Source: Vicugna vicugna
Lineage: Eukaryota
Direction of reading: 5' to 3'
Length of the DNA: 64,000 nt
NCBI GenBank assembly: GCA_013265495.1
Contig: MU058423.1
Coordinates: 5,686,745-5,750,744, forward strand
This document shows, piece after piece, positions 12,721 to 26,399 of the stretch. The notes beneath the pieces were generated by a model. That model did not search any database and was not told the DNA's origin. It saw nothing but the letters and a program-made list of their open reading frames with translations. The translations under genes and the position numbers were made by a program. Numbering within the stretch: the first letter of the stretch is position 1; the number at the start of each line of letters is the position of its first letter.

Positions 12721-15517
12721 GAACTTCTTTCCTTTATGTATTACTTTAAATTAGGCACAATAAATTCCAATTTTTTTTTTAGTTTCCCCAAACATGATTT
12801 ATTATTGCTTTTGCCCCAAAACCTTTATCTCATCTCTAACAAAGTTATTTTGAAGGAAAGTATATTTATTTTTTTAGATCTAAGTTGACAAACTGAATGG
12901 AAAAGAAAGGAAATGCTGAAATGTAATTAATTAGTAAAGTGTTTCTTAAATACAATAATGGAATAAAATGTCAATACACTTTAAAAAAAATTTAAAAGTG
13001 AATAAATCAGGATTTTATGATGGTGGTATTTATCTATTTTTTTAAAGCTTTAAATAGCAAATTGAAGACCTGTGTTTTATAAATATGTAATAGGCAGAGC
13101 ATTCCAAAGTAAGCGCCTGCACACCTTTCTGGTTTGACGCCCATGTCATAGTGTGGAGGGAAAATGACTGACTGCTATCATCTCATTTGGTTCCATTATA
13201 CCGATACAACTAACAAAACTGATCTGTAGAAATCTTGATGTAGAATATGTATACCACACTTTCACTTACTTAAAAATACATTTCATATAATTGTAAGGGA
13301 TTACAGTATTAACTGAGTATTTTAAATGGGTTGACTCCATCTGCAAATATGTTTGAAGATTATTAGATTGACTCATTGACAAAGGTTTTAACTCAAGTTT
13401 TTTTTTTTTTTTTGACTTAAAGTATGTTTGAAATCTTTTAAACCTCAGATGACAATTCAAGTTTAAGAAGGCCCCTGTGGCAGTTTGGGGCCATCATGGT
13501 TTAGGAACCAGGCATGTTTAATTGATGTTGTCCCATCATTTATTTAAATTTAGGGCTAAAAGATTCATCAAATTGACTTTATGCTGTTCTAAAAATTTAC
13601 AAAGTGTCCTTTTTTCTTTTCCACTCTCTGAGTGGGGAACATCTGTTTGTCATGGAAAGTCAGAAAATAATATTTGATATGAAATTTGCACTACACATCT
13701 GACAGCTAAGTTAAGTGGAGTTTTGAAAACTAATTATCTATAACATATCTAATTCACTTAAATTTTAATTTCAATATATCAATGTCAAATAAAATAAATT
13801 ATTTCAGTTTCAATTTCTAGTGATCTTAACAAGCTTCTGATTGCTGAACTGGAAATTCTGTCATGCTGTGTAGTTATGGTCTCCTGGATTAGTACAGCTG
13901 CCAGTATTTCACTCTTTTTTCTTCTTTTTAAATTACTCTATTACACAAACTCAATATCTTGAATTACAACATTGAAATAATGTCAGAAACAACCCAATAA
14001 AATATATATTTCTTTTCTTGGAAAAAATTACATATAACTGAATGAATCATAGAGATAACATTGCATATCCAATAAACTCCACTGTAAAAGAATAGGTCAA
14101 GTAATTATACACAGAAAATCTGGTAGGAAATGAAACTTCTTAAATTGGATGTTTGCCACTCAGTAATTAGAGGCAGTATTTGTATGAAGGGGAACAGATA
14201 GTGGAAGACACTACATTTATGAAGCATTTGAAGCTTCTTTGTACCCATCTTTTAATTTGATGTTTGAGGGATGGAAGTGGAGCAGTTTCAGAAAGGCTGA
14301 GATGTGACGTTTAAATACCAAGCGGTGAGATATGTGACCTGCTGTGGGATTTGAGTTCTAAATAGTGGAGAAATTTACAACAGTTCATCCAATTCATGAT
14401 ATTAATGCTCCTGACAGACTAATCAACATAAGGCTTAAGGAAATATGGTCACTGGGTAATGACACTGATGATTCTTTCAACGTAAATAAATACAAACAGA
14501 GAAACAGAGGTCAAACCCTCAAGCCTTTGTGACATAACAGGAAACCAACAAGAATATAAAGAGAAATTGCAAAAAATGAAGACCTATTATTTGGAAGATT
14601 TGGAATCTCTGGTTGGTTAGCTGAGTAGTAATAGTGTACCAATCTAAGACTTAGTATTGGACACCCATGCCCCCTCAATCTCCAGCAGAGGCAGTTAGCT
14701 TCAATCTGTTCTATGACTATAGAATGCATCTGTTCCATGGAAAAAAAGGGCAATTTATACCTTATTTATCATCATATCTCCAGCACCTACATTGTATGGA
14801 CACATGGTGGCTATCCAAGATCATATGGATCAGTGAAAAGTTGGATTAATTAAAATCCTCAGATAAGAGACAACATGATGTACACAACCCTACACCCATT
14901 AACAGCTACTTTGTGTAAATTGGGGAGAACTTGTATCAGAGCAACATCTTTTTCATTCAAAGGACAATAACTTGTGCCACTTGATAGGACAAAAAATTGA
15001 TAGTGAAAGGTAGTTTGAAGAAGACAAGCGTGTATGCAAATTTCCCAATAGAGTTCATTGACACAAAAGAAAAATAGAACATGGATCATTTTTTAAAAAG
15101 TAGATAATAAATTATATTTGTACCAATATTCCAGAAAGTAAAATAATAATTGATATTATAAAGGCTAGTTGGGGTTCTTTCCCAAAACTTAACTATCAAC
15201 TAAAACCATAGGATATTAACTGAGCACCCTGGTAAAATATTCAATACTACATAATCGTGTCTACTATGTTCCTAAATTTTGAGGAAGTGAACTATTTAGA
15301 TATTTCATATATTTTCAATATGCTAAACACATAGGATATACTTACCTACAACTTGTTTTTTGTTAAAATAAGTTTGTTCTTCAGGGAAGAAGCTTCTGCA
15401 TATACCAGCCTAATTATAATATGTAATATTTAAATTACTATAATATAGAAGTCAATAAATACATTATAATAATTAAATGTTACCTAAAATGTTTAATTAA
15501 AATGTTATAATGAATTT

Positions 15518-18500
15518 GGGAAGGGTCCAAGATGGTGGTGTAGGAAGATTCTGAACTCTTCTCCTGTCCTGGACACACTGAATCTGTACCTTCATAAATA
15601 GTAATTCCTCCCTAGGAAGAACTGAGGGCTAATGAACAGCTTCTGCACAGCAAACAACAGAGGCATCACAGAAAGACAGGTAAGAGAGATGGAGATATGG
15701 TACTGACTGGAATCCTACCACCAACCTGGCAGCATGTAGTAGAAAGGGACATAACTGAGGGCCCCTGCACAGACTCATCTGCAGAGAAAAAACAACAACC
15801 CCCCACTAAAACCCAGTGGTTTAAAGGGCACCTATGCTATGCATGAAGGAAATCCACTTACTAACCCTAGAGCATCTGCCAAATGGGTGGGGGACGGCTG
15901 AAAATGTCTCCAGGGTCAGAGGCACCTAAGAGTGCCATTTTTTGCCTTTCCTCCTTTCCCTAAATAGCGTGGATGGGAACACAATACAGGCATTTCAGAT
16001 GGTCAGCTGAGGCTGTCCCAGCATGCCCCAGGCCCTTGGCCTACACCAGCTACATCTGTCCCCACTGAGAGGTCCCCACCCACGCACCCACCCCAGCTCC
16101 AGACATCCTGCCAAGGCAGCCCCAGCACGGGACTCCATGGGAATCACTGATCCGCACCCACTCCAGCTGTCCCACCAAGGCTGCTGCATATGGCATTTCC
16201 TGGGACTCCCCAACCTGCACCTGCTCTGGCTTCACCCATCTCACAAAGGAAGCAATGGCATGGAGTGCCCCAGGACACCTTGGCCCATGTCTTCTCCAGT
16301 TTCAGTCATATGACAAGGCAGTTCTGAAGCAGTGCATCTCAGGACCCGCAGTCAATACCCATTTTGGCTCCAGCCAGCCTGCTAAAACTGCCCGGCACAC
16401 ATAGTTAACACAGAGGATGTTCCTACACAAGGCCACGCCTTCAAGACAGAGAAAAGTAGTTATTTTGCCTAATTCATAGAAACACAGACAGAAAATCAAA
16501 ATGAGGAGACAGAGGAATACATTCCGAATAAAAGAGCAAGGTAAATCTCAGAAAAAACTTAATGAAATGGAGATAAGTAATTTACTGAATAAATAGTTCA
16601 AAGTAAAGGTCAAGAGATGCTCACCAAACTCAGGAGAAAAATGACCACAATGATATGAAATTAGAAAACAATTACAGATAATGAACAAACACATGGAGAT
16701 TGGACAACATGCTATTAAACAAATAATAAATCAATGAAGAAATCAAAGAAGAAATAAAAAAATACTTAGAAACAAATAAAAATTGAAAGACAACTTTCAA
16801 AAATCTATGGGACACAATAAAATCAGTTCTAAGAGGGAAGTACCTAGTGATATAGACCTACTTCAAGAAACAAGAAAAAATCCAAATAAACAACATAAAT
16901 TTACACCTAAAATGACTATAAGAAGAAGAAAAATTAAAGCCCAAAGACAGTAGAAAGAAAGAAATTAATAAAGGTCAGAGAAGAAATAAATGAAATAGAG
17001 ATTTAAAAAAAAATCATAAAGATCAGTGAAACTAAGAGCTAGTTCTTTGAAAAGATAAATAAAATAGATAGACCGTTAGCCACACTTATCAAAACAGAGA
17101 GAGAGAGAGAAGGCCAGATATAAATTCAGAAATGAAAGAAGAGAAATTACAACCAATATCACAGAAATATAAAGAATCGTAAGAGTCTATCATGAACAGT
17201 TATATGCCAACAAATTAGACAACCTAGAGGAAATGAATAAATTCCTAGACACATTCAGTCTTTCAAGACTGAATTAGGAGGAAATAAAAATCTGAACAGG
17301 CTGATCGCTACTAATGAAATTGAATCCATAATCAAAAAAATCCCAACAAACAAATGCCAGGTCCAAAAGTCTTCACCTGTGAATTCTACCAAACATTTAC
17401 AGAAAAGTTCACAATTATCCTTCTAAAATTATTCCAAAAAACTGAAGAGGGAGGAATATTTCTTAACTTATAATACTAGGCCAGCATTGCCTTGATATCA
17501 AAACCAGACAAAGATACTATAAAAAAGAAAATTACAGGCCAAAATCTAATGAATACAGATGCAAAAATCCTCAACAAAATATTAGCAAACTGACTCCAAC
17601 AAAACATTAAAAAGATAGTACCCCATGATCAAGTGGGGTTTATCCCAGGGATGCAAGGATTTTTCAATATCCACAAATCAATCACTGTGATACACCACAT
17701 TAATAAATTAAAGAATAAAAATCATGTGATCACCTTAATAGATTCAGAAAAGGCTTTTGATAAAATTCAGCATCCACTTCTAATTAAAAACTCTTCAGAA
17801 AGTGGGCACAGAGGGAACACACCTCAACATGACAAAGGCCGTATGTGACAAACCCCACAGAAAACATACTCAATGGTGGAAAGCTGAAAGCATTTCTCTC
17901 AGATAAGGAACAAGACAAGAATGCCCACTCCTGACACATTTGTTCACCAGTGTATATGTCCTAGTCACAGCAATCAGACAAGAACAAGAGAAAAGGCATC
18001 CAAACTGAAAAGAAAGAAGTAAAGCTGTTACTCGTTGCAGATGACATGATATTACATAAAGAAAACCCTAGGACCCAACCAAAAAACTTTTAGAATTAGT
18101 AAGTGAATTCAGGAAAGTTGCAGGATACAAAATCTATATACAGACATCTTTTGCATTTCTACTCATCAACAACAAACTATCATAAAGAGAAATTGGGATA
18201 ACAATCCTGTTTACAACTGCATCAAAAGTAATAAAACATGTAGCAATAAATTTAGTTAAGGAAGTGAATGATCTATATTCTGAAAACTATAAAACATTGA
18301 TTAAAAAAATTGAAGACTACACAAATAAATGGAAGACACACTATGTCTGTGGATTGAAATAGTTAATATTGTTAAAATGTTCACAATACCCAAAGAAATC
18401 TACAGATTCAGTTCAATCCCCATTGAAATATCCATGATGCTTTTCACAGAACTAGAACAAATAACCTTCAGATTTGAATGGAACCACAAAAGGCCTTGGA

Positions 18501-19280
18501 AAGCCAAAACACTCTTGGAAAAGAACAGTACTGGAGGTATCACACTCCCAGATGTCAAAAATTATGCAAAGCTATTATAACCAAAACAGCATGGTACTGG
18601 CACAAAAACAGACATATAGATCAATGGAATAAAAAGAGAACCTAGGAAGAAACCCATGCTTTTGTGGTCAATTAATCCATGACAAAGGAGGCAGAAACAT
18701 ATAGTGGGGAAAAGACAGTCTCTTAATAAATGATGTTGGATTAACTGGACAGCCACATGCGAAAGAATGAAACCAGATCGCATTCTTACACTGTATAAGA
18801 AATAAACTCAAAATGGATTAAATACTTAAAAGGAAGACTTGAATCCATAAAACTCCTAGAAGAAAACACAAGCATTATGCTCTTTGACATCAGTCTTAGC
18901 AATATTTCTTTGGATATGCCTCCTTGGGCAAATGCATCAAAAGCAAAAGTAAACAAATTGGACTATATCAAACTAAAAAGCTTTGCACAGTGAAAGAAAC
19001 CATGAACAAGAAGAAAAGGTAACCTGTTGAATGGGAAAAGGTATTTGCAACTGATGTGTTTGATAAGGGGTTAATATCCAAAATACATAATGAACTAACA
19101 CAACCCAATATCAAAATAACAATCTGATTAACAAACGGGCAGAGGACCTGAAAAGACTTTTTTTTCAAAGAAGACATACAGATGACCAATGGGCACATGA
19201 AAAAATGCTTAATGTCAGAAACGCAAATCAAAACCACAATGAGATATCAGCTCACACACTTCAGAATGGGTATCATCAAG
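15518..19280 (+). mobile_element. Decayed L1 retaining the 5' UTR, with a large internal ORF1-ORF2 deletion
   Basis: 5' start ggtccaagatggtgg..., GC-rich 5' UTR to ~16500, ORF1 start atgaggagacagagg at 16501, jump to ORF2 (gaccacaatg, DHN) at ~16642. Frameshifted ORF2 remnants, e.g. ORF 17633-17848 [15 protein letters not shown]...KAFDKIQHP. Confidence 0.9.
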
Positions 19281-19490
19281 TTAATAGGTATAAAGTTTCT
19301 GTTTGGGATGATGATAAAATTCTGAAGACGGATGGTGGTGACGTTTGCACAAAAACATGAATGTACGTACTGTCACTGAACTGTGCATTTAAAAATGATT
19401 AAGATGGTAAATTTTATGTTGTGTGTATTTTGCTACAATTAAAAAAAGCCCTTGTATCCAAATAAAAATACCAAAAATAAATAAAATAAA
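19281..19490 (+). mobile_element. L1MB-type 3' UTR terminus plus A-rich tail
   Basis: gtttctgtttgggatgatgataaaattctg...gatggtggtgacgtttgcaca...gtcactgaactgtgcatttaaaaatg...aagatggtaaattttatgtt, then A-rich sequence. Confidence 0.75.
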
Positions 19491-22058
19491 ATATAGTATT
19501 AATTTAAAAAATACAATAATAATAAATATCATTTAACAAGCTTTACATGTATACACTAAAGTAAAAAAATAAAGAAAAAACAATACTTGAAGTAGTTTTA
19601 GTAAAACAGAAATTCCTTAGCACATCCTTTCTTCTTTGAGTCTAAAATTTAAAAATGAAAAGATAACTACATGATCATCATAAAGAATAAAATGGTGTTA
19701 TAATTAGTTTGCAAACAATTATCAAATAAACTGTATCTAGGCATAGAAATTAAATGATACAGTGATAAGATACATTAGGGCACCCTAACAATGATTTAAA
19801 CATCCTGGTGATAATGACTAGAAGTTAAAATTGTGGCAACAGCAGGATTATAGGATAAGAAATGGAATTTTTTTTCTCAAAATTTCAAATGGAAATTGAT
19901 TTTTCTTCTAAGCTTCAGTACATTGAACGATAACACTCTTCCTCACAACCACCCTCTGACAGTTTTAACACAGGTCTGAAAAACACTCTTCAGTGCACAG
20001 AATTTTACTTTAAATCATGATACTGGATAACAATTTGACATCTTTTTGCTTAAAAGATATCTCATGTGAATGGTGCTTGACAATATGAATAATAAGAAAC
20101 AAGAGAACCCTTTCTTGTCTTATGCCATTTAAAAAATATAGTATTGGCAGAAGAAAGGCAGATTGAATTCTCAAGTCATCATTACCTCAGAAAAGCAAGA
20201 TTAATAACCTTTTTATGTCAACTACATTATAATATTTTTATTAAATACTATGTGTTATTACAGTTCTGCAATGTAAATATTGAAACAATTTAAAACCACT
20301 TTTATATATGTTCAGTTTCCTGGGTTAAAGTCTTAGCCTTAAACATATTTTTGAAGTATTCATGATAATCCAGAAGTGTAAGAATCACTGTCACACACAT
20401 TTTAAATTTCTGACTTAAATATCAAGTAGGTATGTTGACAAGACAGTATTTCACATCAATATGTTTAGTATACTCTCTTAAATGACTAGCAAAATATAGC
20501 ACTTAGCATTGAGTCATTGTTTCTACAAAACTAAAGTTGTCTGTTAAAAAAATCTGGAAATGAAAATTCACCCCCTTCATCTTCTATGAAAAACTAACGA
20601 GTGCTTACTTTTTAGGGAAATAATGTCATGGCTGCAGGTTTTACATTATTGTTATTTTTTAACTTGAAAAATCAGAATTAATTATATTTAAGTTGTAACT
20701 CTCTAGCAATACATGAATTTCCTATTTGGCTTTCATCTCAAAACATCATCTAGTTTTTAATTAATTCTTTATATTAATGGGAACATAACTTGCCCTATTT
20801 CAACCTTATTTCTTTTTTGACAGGTCAATTTGTAAATGGTTCTACTTTATAGTATGATATGTTACTTTATTTCTGAGCCAAAATGCATATAATGTCACAC
20901 AAAACACAGTGCCAGAAAATTCCACCTTCCCAATAAATATTCTCACATTATTGAGGTGGTCTTAGATCACATTCAGTTTTCAAGCAGCCTCATTAGTATT
21001 TAGTCATTCTGAATTGACAGTTCAAGGTGAAATTCTCAGTTGAAGAAATCTGCTAAAATCAAGTTGGCCACTCATTTATTTCCTAAAGAAAACATTATGA
21101 TTTTATTATTTTGACTTTTATTCAGCTCAAACTTTTAAAAGCCAAAGGAGTCAGGAGACATTGATATTTATTCCAACTGAACACATTTATGTTATTTTAT
21201 GTTTAGATTATTTTGTGGTTTAATATACTTTTTTTCAGATCTGCAGATGTGTTAGAATTTGTTTGAATTTTTAAAACATTCTGTTCAATTTAAGTACTAT
21301 TTCAACCTAAAACATCATAACTATTCATTTTTGGAGAGAATGTGTAGATATATTAACCATGAATTGCAGTATATGCAAGTAGAACTTGTTGCTAAGTAAC
21401 AAATACCCATTATCAGGGAGATGATATTCCATCTTATTGAACACAGACAGAGCCAGGAAATGATCTCTGAGTAAAAGGAACAGTCACAAGTCTATCACCA
21501 AGCTCCCATTACAGACGGTAGAGGAAAATTAATGGTCTAGGTTTTCTGGCTTAATAGGTTTCAGTCTCTGTCTCCTGGAAAACATGCATTTCAATTTTAT
21601 CTACTCTGAATCACCATAGCACTTTAAAAGATTAAATATTATGAGGTCTACAGAATAGTCATTTAGAAATAAAATATTCCTTTTGCAGGTGCAGCTTGTC
21701 AAGTTGCTAACATTTAGTTAAGCTTTTACAGTCCACAGAAAAGCTCTCTGGGAAAATGAAGCCTGTAATTGTGGTAGTCACCTTAAGCCATGCTTTGAAT
21801 AATCTTCAGAGGCACAGCAAGTTTCCCCCTAGATCAGGTACAATAACTGCTGATACATATATGCACTATTAAATAGGCACAAATACAATGAATAATGAAG
21901 AAATGTTGAAAGTCTCTTTTTCATAAGAATTATTTTATGGAATAAATTAAATATTTTTAATGTTCTTTTTAATATTATCACTGCCTATGTATAAGTATGA
22001 ATCTTTTATAAATAAAAAATGATATTCTAGTCTAATTCCTCATATCTTTTGCTCTATT

Positions 22059-22183
22059 TTTTAACATTTTTTATTGAGTTATAGTCATTTTACAATGTTG
22101 TATCAAATTCCAGTGTAGAGCACAATTTTTTTCAGTTATACATGAACACACATATATTCATTGTTATATTTTTTCGCTGTAAA
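22059..22183 (-). mobile_element. Short L1 3'-end insertion related to the young family, with 13-bp TSD
   Basis: Similar but not identical to 5468-5590. Perfect TSD CTTTTGCTCTATT at 22046-22058 and 22184-22196. Confidence 0.92.
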
Positions 22184-23039
22184 CTTTTGCTCTATTAATT
22201 CATCAATTAACAGATGTTTATCTAGTGCCAAATGTCCGCTCTCCCTGAGGTACAGTTTTGAACATGAAGGGTCACCACTATATCTGCCAAAAATCCAATA
22301 ATTATTCTTCTTAATATAAAAATGGCAGAACATAGACATGAATAAGAAACACAAGATGAGGACCTATGATGAGAGGAATATTTGATATATCTATAAATAT
22401 CAAGACTTATTACAAAACTACTGTAAAGAAGAGAGTGTGTATTAAGGTAGGGATAAAAAAACAGCCAGTGGAATAATGGCCTAGAAATAAACCTATGACA
22501 CCCTAGACACATGGCAGGTAGCTCTGGAGAGCTCTGGGAGAGAAAGAGATATCCTAAAAATGGTGTTAGGACAATAGGTTATTTTTATGAAAGAGAAAGG
22601 AAAAGAGAATGAAACAACCCCTGATACTCTTTTTTGCCTGATACTCTTTTCCTCCAAGTCAATAAACTTGACTTTATGAACACATTTTTGTCCATATTTA
22701 GGAATTTATACAGTTTCTTTCAGTTAGCATTTTCCAAGGATCTCATCCATAAAAGATGATAGTATATAAAGTGACATGAAACACAGACCCTGTCTTGCCA
22801 AAGCCTACTGTTTAATCTTATTATACATGTACAGTAAGTTGAATATGTTTTTTTATGAGAACAAAAAGCATATTACAGTCTTTGAGACTAAAAGATACAT
22901 AGTTCCCCTTGTGGAAAAGATAACATATCTCCAAGTGGGTGTAACTGAAATGAACTTTGAAAGATAAACGGTCATTTCCAGGAGATGAGGAGATTATTTA
23001 GTCTCTATTACCAACGATTACTATGAATCTGACTCATGT

Positions 23040-23240
23040 GATGAACAAGAGAGAGAGTTCTGTGTATTTCTATCCCTTTACTAGTTGAATTAGTTAATAC
23101 CTGCTCTCACCTAGAGGACTAACAAGACATTTTGACAGCATCTTAATATTTTTACCTTGAATTTCTTTATATCCAAAATTGGAGAAACACATTTTACCTC
23201 AGTGATATTTAGAAAATATTATAAGTTAATATAGTTATGA
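23040..23240 (+). mobile_element. MIR SINE relic
   Basis: ccttgaatttctttatatccaaaattggag...tacctcagtgatatttagaaaatatt resembles the MIR core. Confidence 0.45.
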
Positions 23241-24466
23241 TGTTTCAGATGACTATCCCATTAATCATTTAAACTATTATTATCAAATCTGAAATTTTAT
23301 TGAAAATAATCCTTATATTGGTGTGTATAGGGGCTATACACTATAGAATAAATTATCCAAACTGAAGCAGATTTATTCCCTAATATTTTCTTGGATTTAC
23401 TTATTTATTTTAATGATTCATTTTCATACCCAAATAGTGAAGCAGATTGAGGATCCCCAGGATGGTATGTAAATTTTTAAATTATTCCATGTGTGTGCTT
23501 TATTTATTAGAATGATGGTGTTCCTTAAATATTTTGGGTATTGGGATTGAACAACCATCAGACTCAGAAAATTCACAGTCCAAAAGGAGAAATAATGTAA
23601 TCATAAAGGAATATTTGACAAATTTTAAATAGAAAGTTAAACAAAAGTGTAAAGTAATCCATGGGATTAAAAATTGATTTTATGAAACTTACGAATCATG
23701 AAGCAGTCAAAAAATTGTAATCTCCATGCCCAAACATGTATTTAGAAGATTAGTTTCACCTAAATGCCTATAGATAAGATGCACAAATGAAAAAGACAAT
23801 TGTTCCCTGATTTCTTCTCTTTTCCTGTCCAAAACTTGTTTTACTCCTTACAGAAATGTGAACATTTCCCCAATTATTCAAATTTGTTCATTTTTGCTTT
23901 ATATGCTATATATGAATTTTAAAGTTTATAGGAATTAAAGCTTCAAAATGTCATACTATATTTAGTAGAAATACATAAACCTATAATATTCTTTTAAAAT
24001 AAATATATATGTATATGTGGGTGTCAGTAATAACTTCCTTACTATTATGTTTCAAAATATAATTACTCATGATAGTCAAATGTGGTCTTATCTTTAAAAA
24101 CCTCTACCAAACTTTTCAACTATATGTTATTTACATCTATGTGAAATTGTATTATTGTTATTAAGCAAACTCCTCCACATTTCTCTGTTGCAATAGGAGA
24201 TACTACCCTGACCCCTGACTTCTAGCAAACGAAATGTTAGTTGGTACAAGTAGAAAAATTAAACGTCCCAGTATGAACTAGCAAACACCTTATGCATTTG
24301 TGCATTTCTTCTCCATGAGAAGAATATATCCTAGTAAAAGTCTGATTCTGAGCTGAGGGGAATTTGCCAATAAGAAAGTAGATGCAGATGAGAACCCAAC
24401 TCATAATTTGGACATTCAATTTAAAGGAAAGCTGTTCCCTCTAACCTGCATACTAGTGAATAAAAA

Positions 24467-24471
<5 letters not shown>

Positions 24472-24501
<30 letters not shown>
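24472..24501. repeat. (TA)n microsatellite
   Basis: Directly visible. Confidence 0.95.
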
Positions 24502-24502
<1 letters not shown>

Positions 24503-25149
24503 TTGCTATTTTAAGTTACTGAATTTTACAGCAGCCTATTACATGGCATTATCATGTCAACAGAGGATTAATACTAGGTCTCATTTTTTAACCAAATTGT
24601 TTATTACCAATTTCCTTTCATATTTAACTCTGGTAGACAGGAAACATAATTAATAGTGCTGATCTAGAGGGAAGTATATAGTAGATGCTTTTAGCCCTTG
24701 GAGTGTCTGGAGCCTGACAATGCTATCTCCTCTCAACAAGTGAACACTTCCTTTTCTCTCCTAACATCCCTTTTTTTTTCCTTTTACTATTCTGATCTCG
24801 AGAGTTAATCTACCTAGTCAGGTGCTACTTCCTTATTGGTATCATTCCTTAGGGATGATGGAACTCCTTTTTGAAATGAAAAAAGCAAAAAAACCCCTAC
24901 ATCCCTGTTTTATATGTAGCAAGCCACTTTTTAATCCTCTTATAGTGTTCTTCAGGGCAATAGAAATTCACACAGCATATCTGACGGGTTTATTTTACTG
25001 TTGTGTGTGCGCATGTATTTGTGTGTGATACACAGTAAAACTAGAGTGTAAAGTTTACAGTAACTATACTTCTATACAATACCACTGGCTAGAAATTGGA
25101 CATGGTCAATAATCTTTATGTCTCACCATATTACATCTATCTCCTCCTA

Positions 25150-26390
25150 GAATTAAGCAGTAATTTAATTTTTGGACATACCATACCTTTAACCTTTTAT
25201 AATATTATTGCATATGCATGTATCATGAAAATTATTTTAAAAATTTTAAACTTTATGTAAATTAAGTAATACTTTATGTACTTTGGTGAGTTCATTCTTT
25301 TGCTCAATGATAGTTTTGTGAAATACATCCATGTTGATATTTGTAGCTAAAGTTTTTCCATTGCTACAAATAGATATTATTTATCAACTATATTCTATAT
25401 TCTATGGAGTAATTATAATTATCAACTATTAAGTTGTTTCCAGTTTTGGCCTATTAAAAAACAATTCTGTTTTGAACATGTTGCACATTTTTGTTAGTGT
25501 GGTAACCAATAGTTTTTCTAAGAATTCATATGTCAAAGCCATGTAGATCTTAAAATTCACAATATGGTAATTAACTTTTTCCAAAGTGGATGTATCAATG
25601 ATAAATCTATCTACAGTGTTTCAGATTCCTCTATATATATGCCAACATTAATACTGTCAGACATTTTTATTTTTCTAAATCCTTTAGATATGACCTTCAT
25701 GATGTCAATTGGAATTTGCCTGATTAATAAAGATTTTGAGCATATTGCCATGTTATATTGACTATGCTAGTTTCCACTTTTGTGAAGTGCCTGTCAGGTA
25801 AGTTACTTTTATGAAGTCCTTTGTTTCTTTTTCATATGACTTTAATATATATCTTATATTCAATAAATAAGAAGCTTTCATTTTAAGTGTGCTATTGGAT
25901 AAATTATAATAAATGTACATATCAGCAAAAGTATCAGTATAGTAAAGCTGCAGAATATTTTCACTGCTCAAAATACATTTGTTCTGTCCCTGCAGCCAAA
26001 CACTCCTCCATCCCAGCCTCAGGCAAGCACTGGTAATATTTCTATCACAGTCATGTTATTTTGCCTATTCACATTTGTATTCTTTCTTATGTGTATTCTT
26101 TGTCTTAGTAAAATATTTTGAGATTCATGTTTCTGTGTGTACCAGTGATTTGTTCCATTCTTCTTGCTGAATATTATTCCCTTTTATGGGTGTGTCACAA
26201 TTTGTTTATCCATTCAACTGTTAACATATATTTGAGTTGTTTCCAGACTGTGGCTATAATGAATAAAACTGGTATGTCCATTCTTGTAAAAATATTTTTG
26301 AGAGCATACACTTGCATTTATTTTAAATAAATATCTAGTAATTGAAATAGTGAGTTATATAAGGTAACTTTATGTTTAACTTTTAAAACA
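25150..26390 (-). mobile_element. Old L1ME/L1MD 3' fragments (at least two)
   Basis: tttgagattcatgtt..., tttatccattcaactgtt...catatatttgagttgtttccag...gctataatgaataaaactggtatg. Confidence 0.65.
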
Positions 26391-26399
26391 TATGTTGTT

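Noticed and set aside
15995..16499. Cluster of ORFs in GC-rich sequence, resembling a gene or CpG island
   Set aside because: Lies within the decayed L1 5' UTR.
22619..22650. Short duplication CCTGATACTCTTTT x2 (a similar one, CAACAAAGTGATTCAG x2, at ~56519-56556)
   Set aside because: Ordinary slippage-type micro-duplications.
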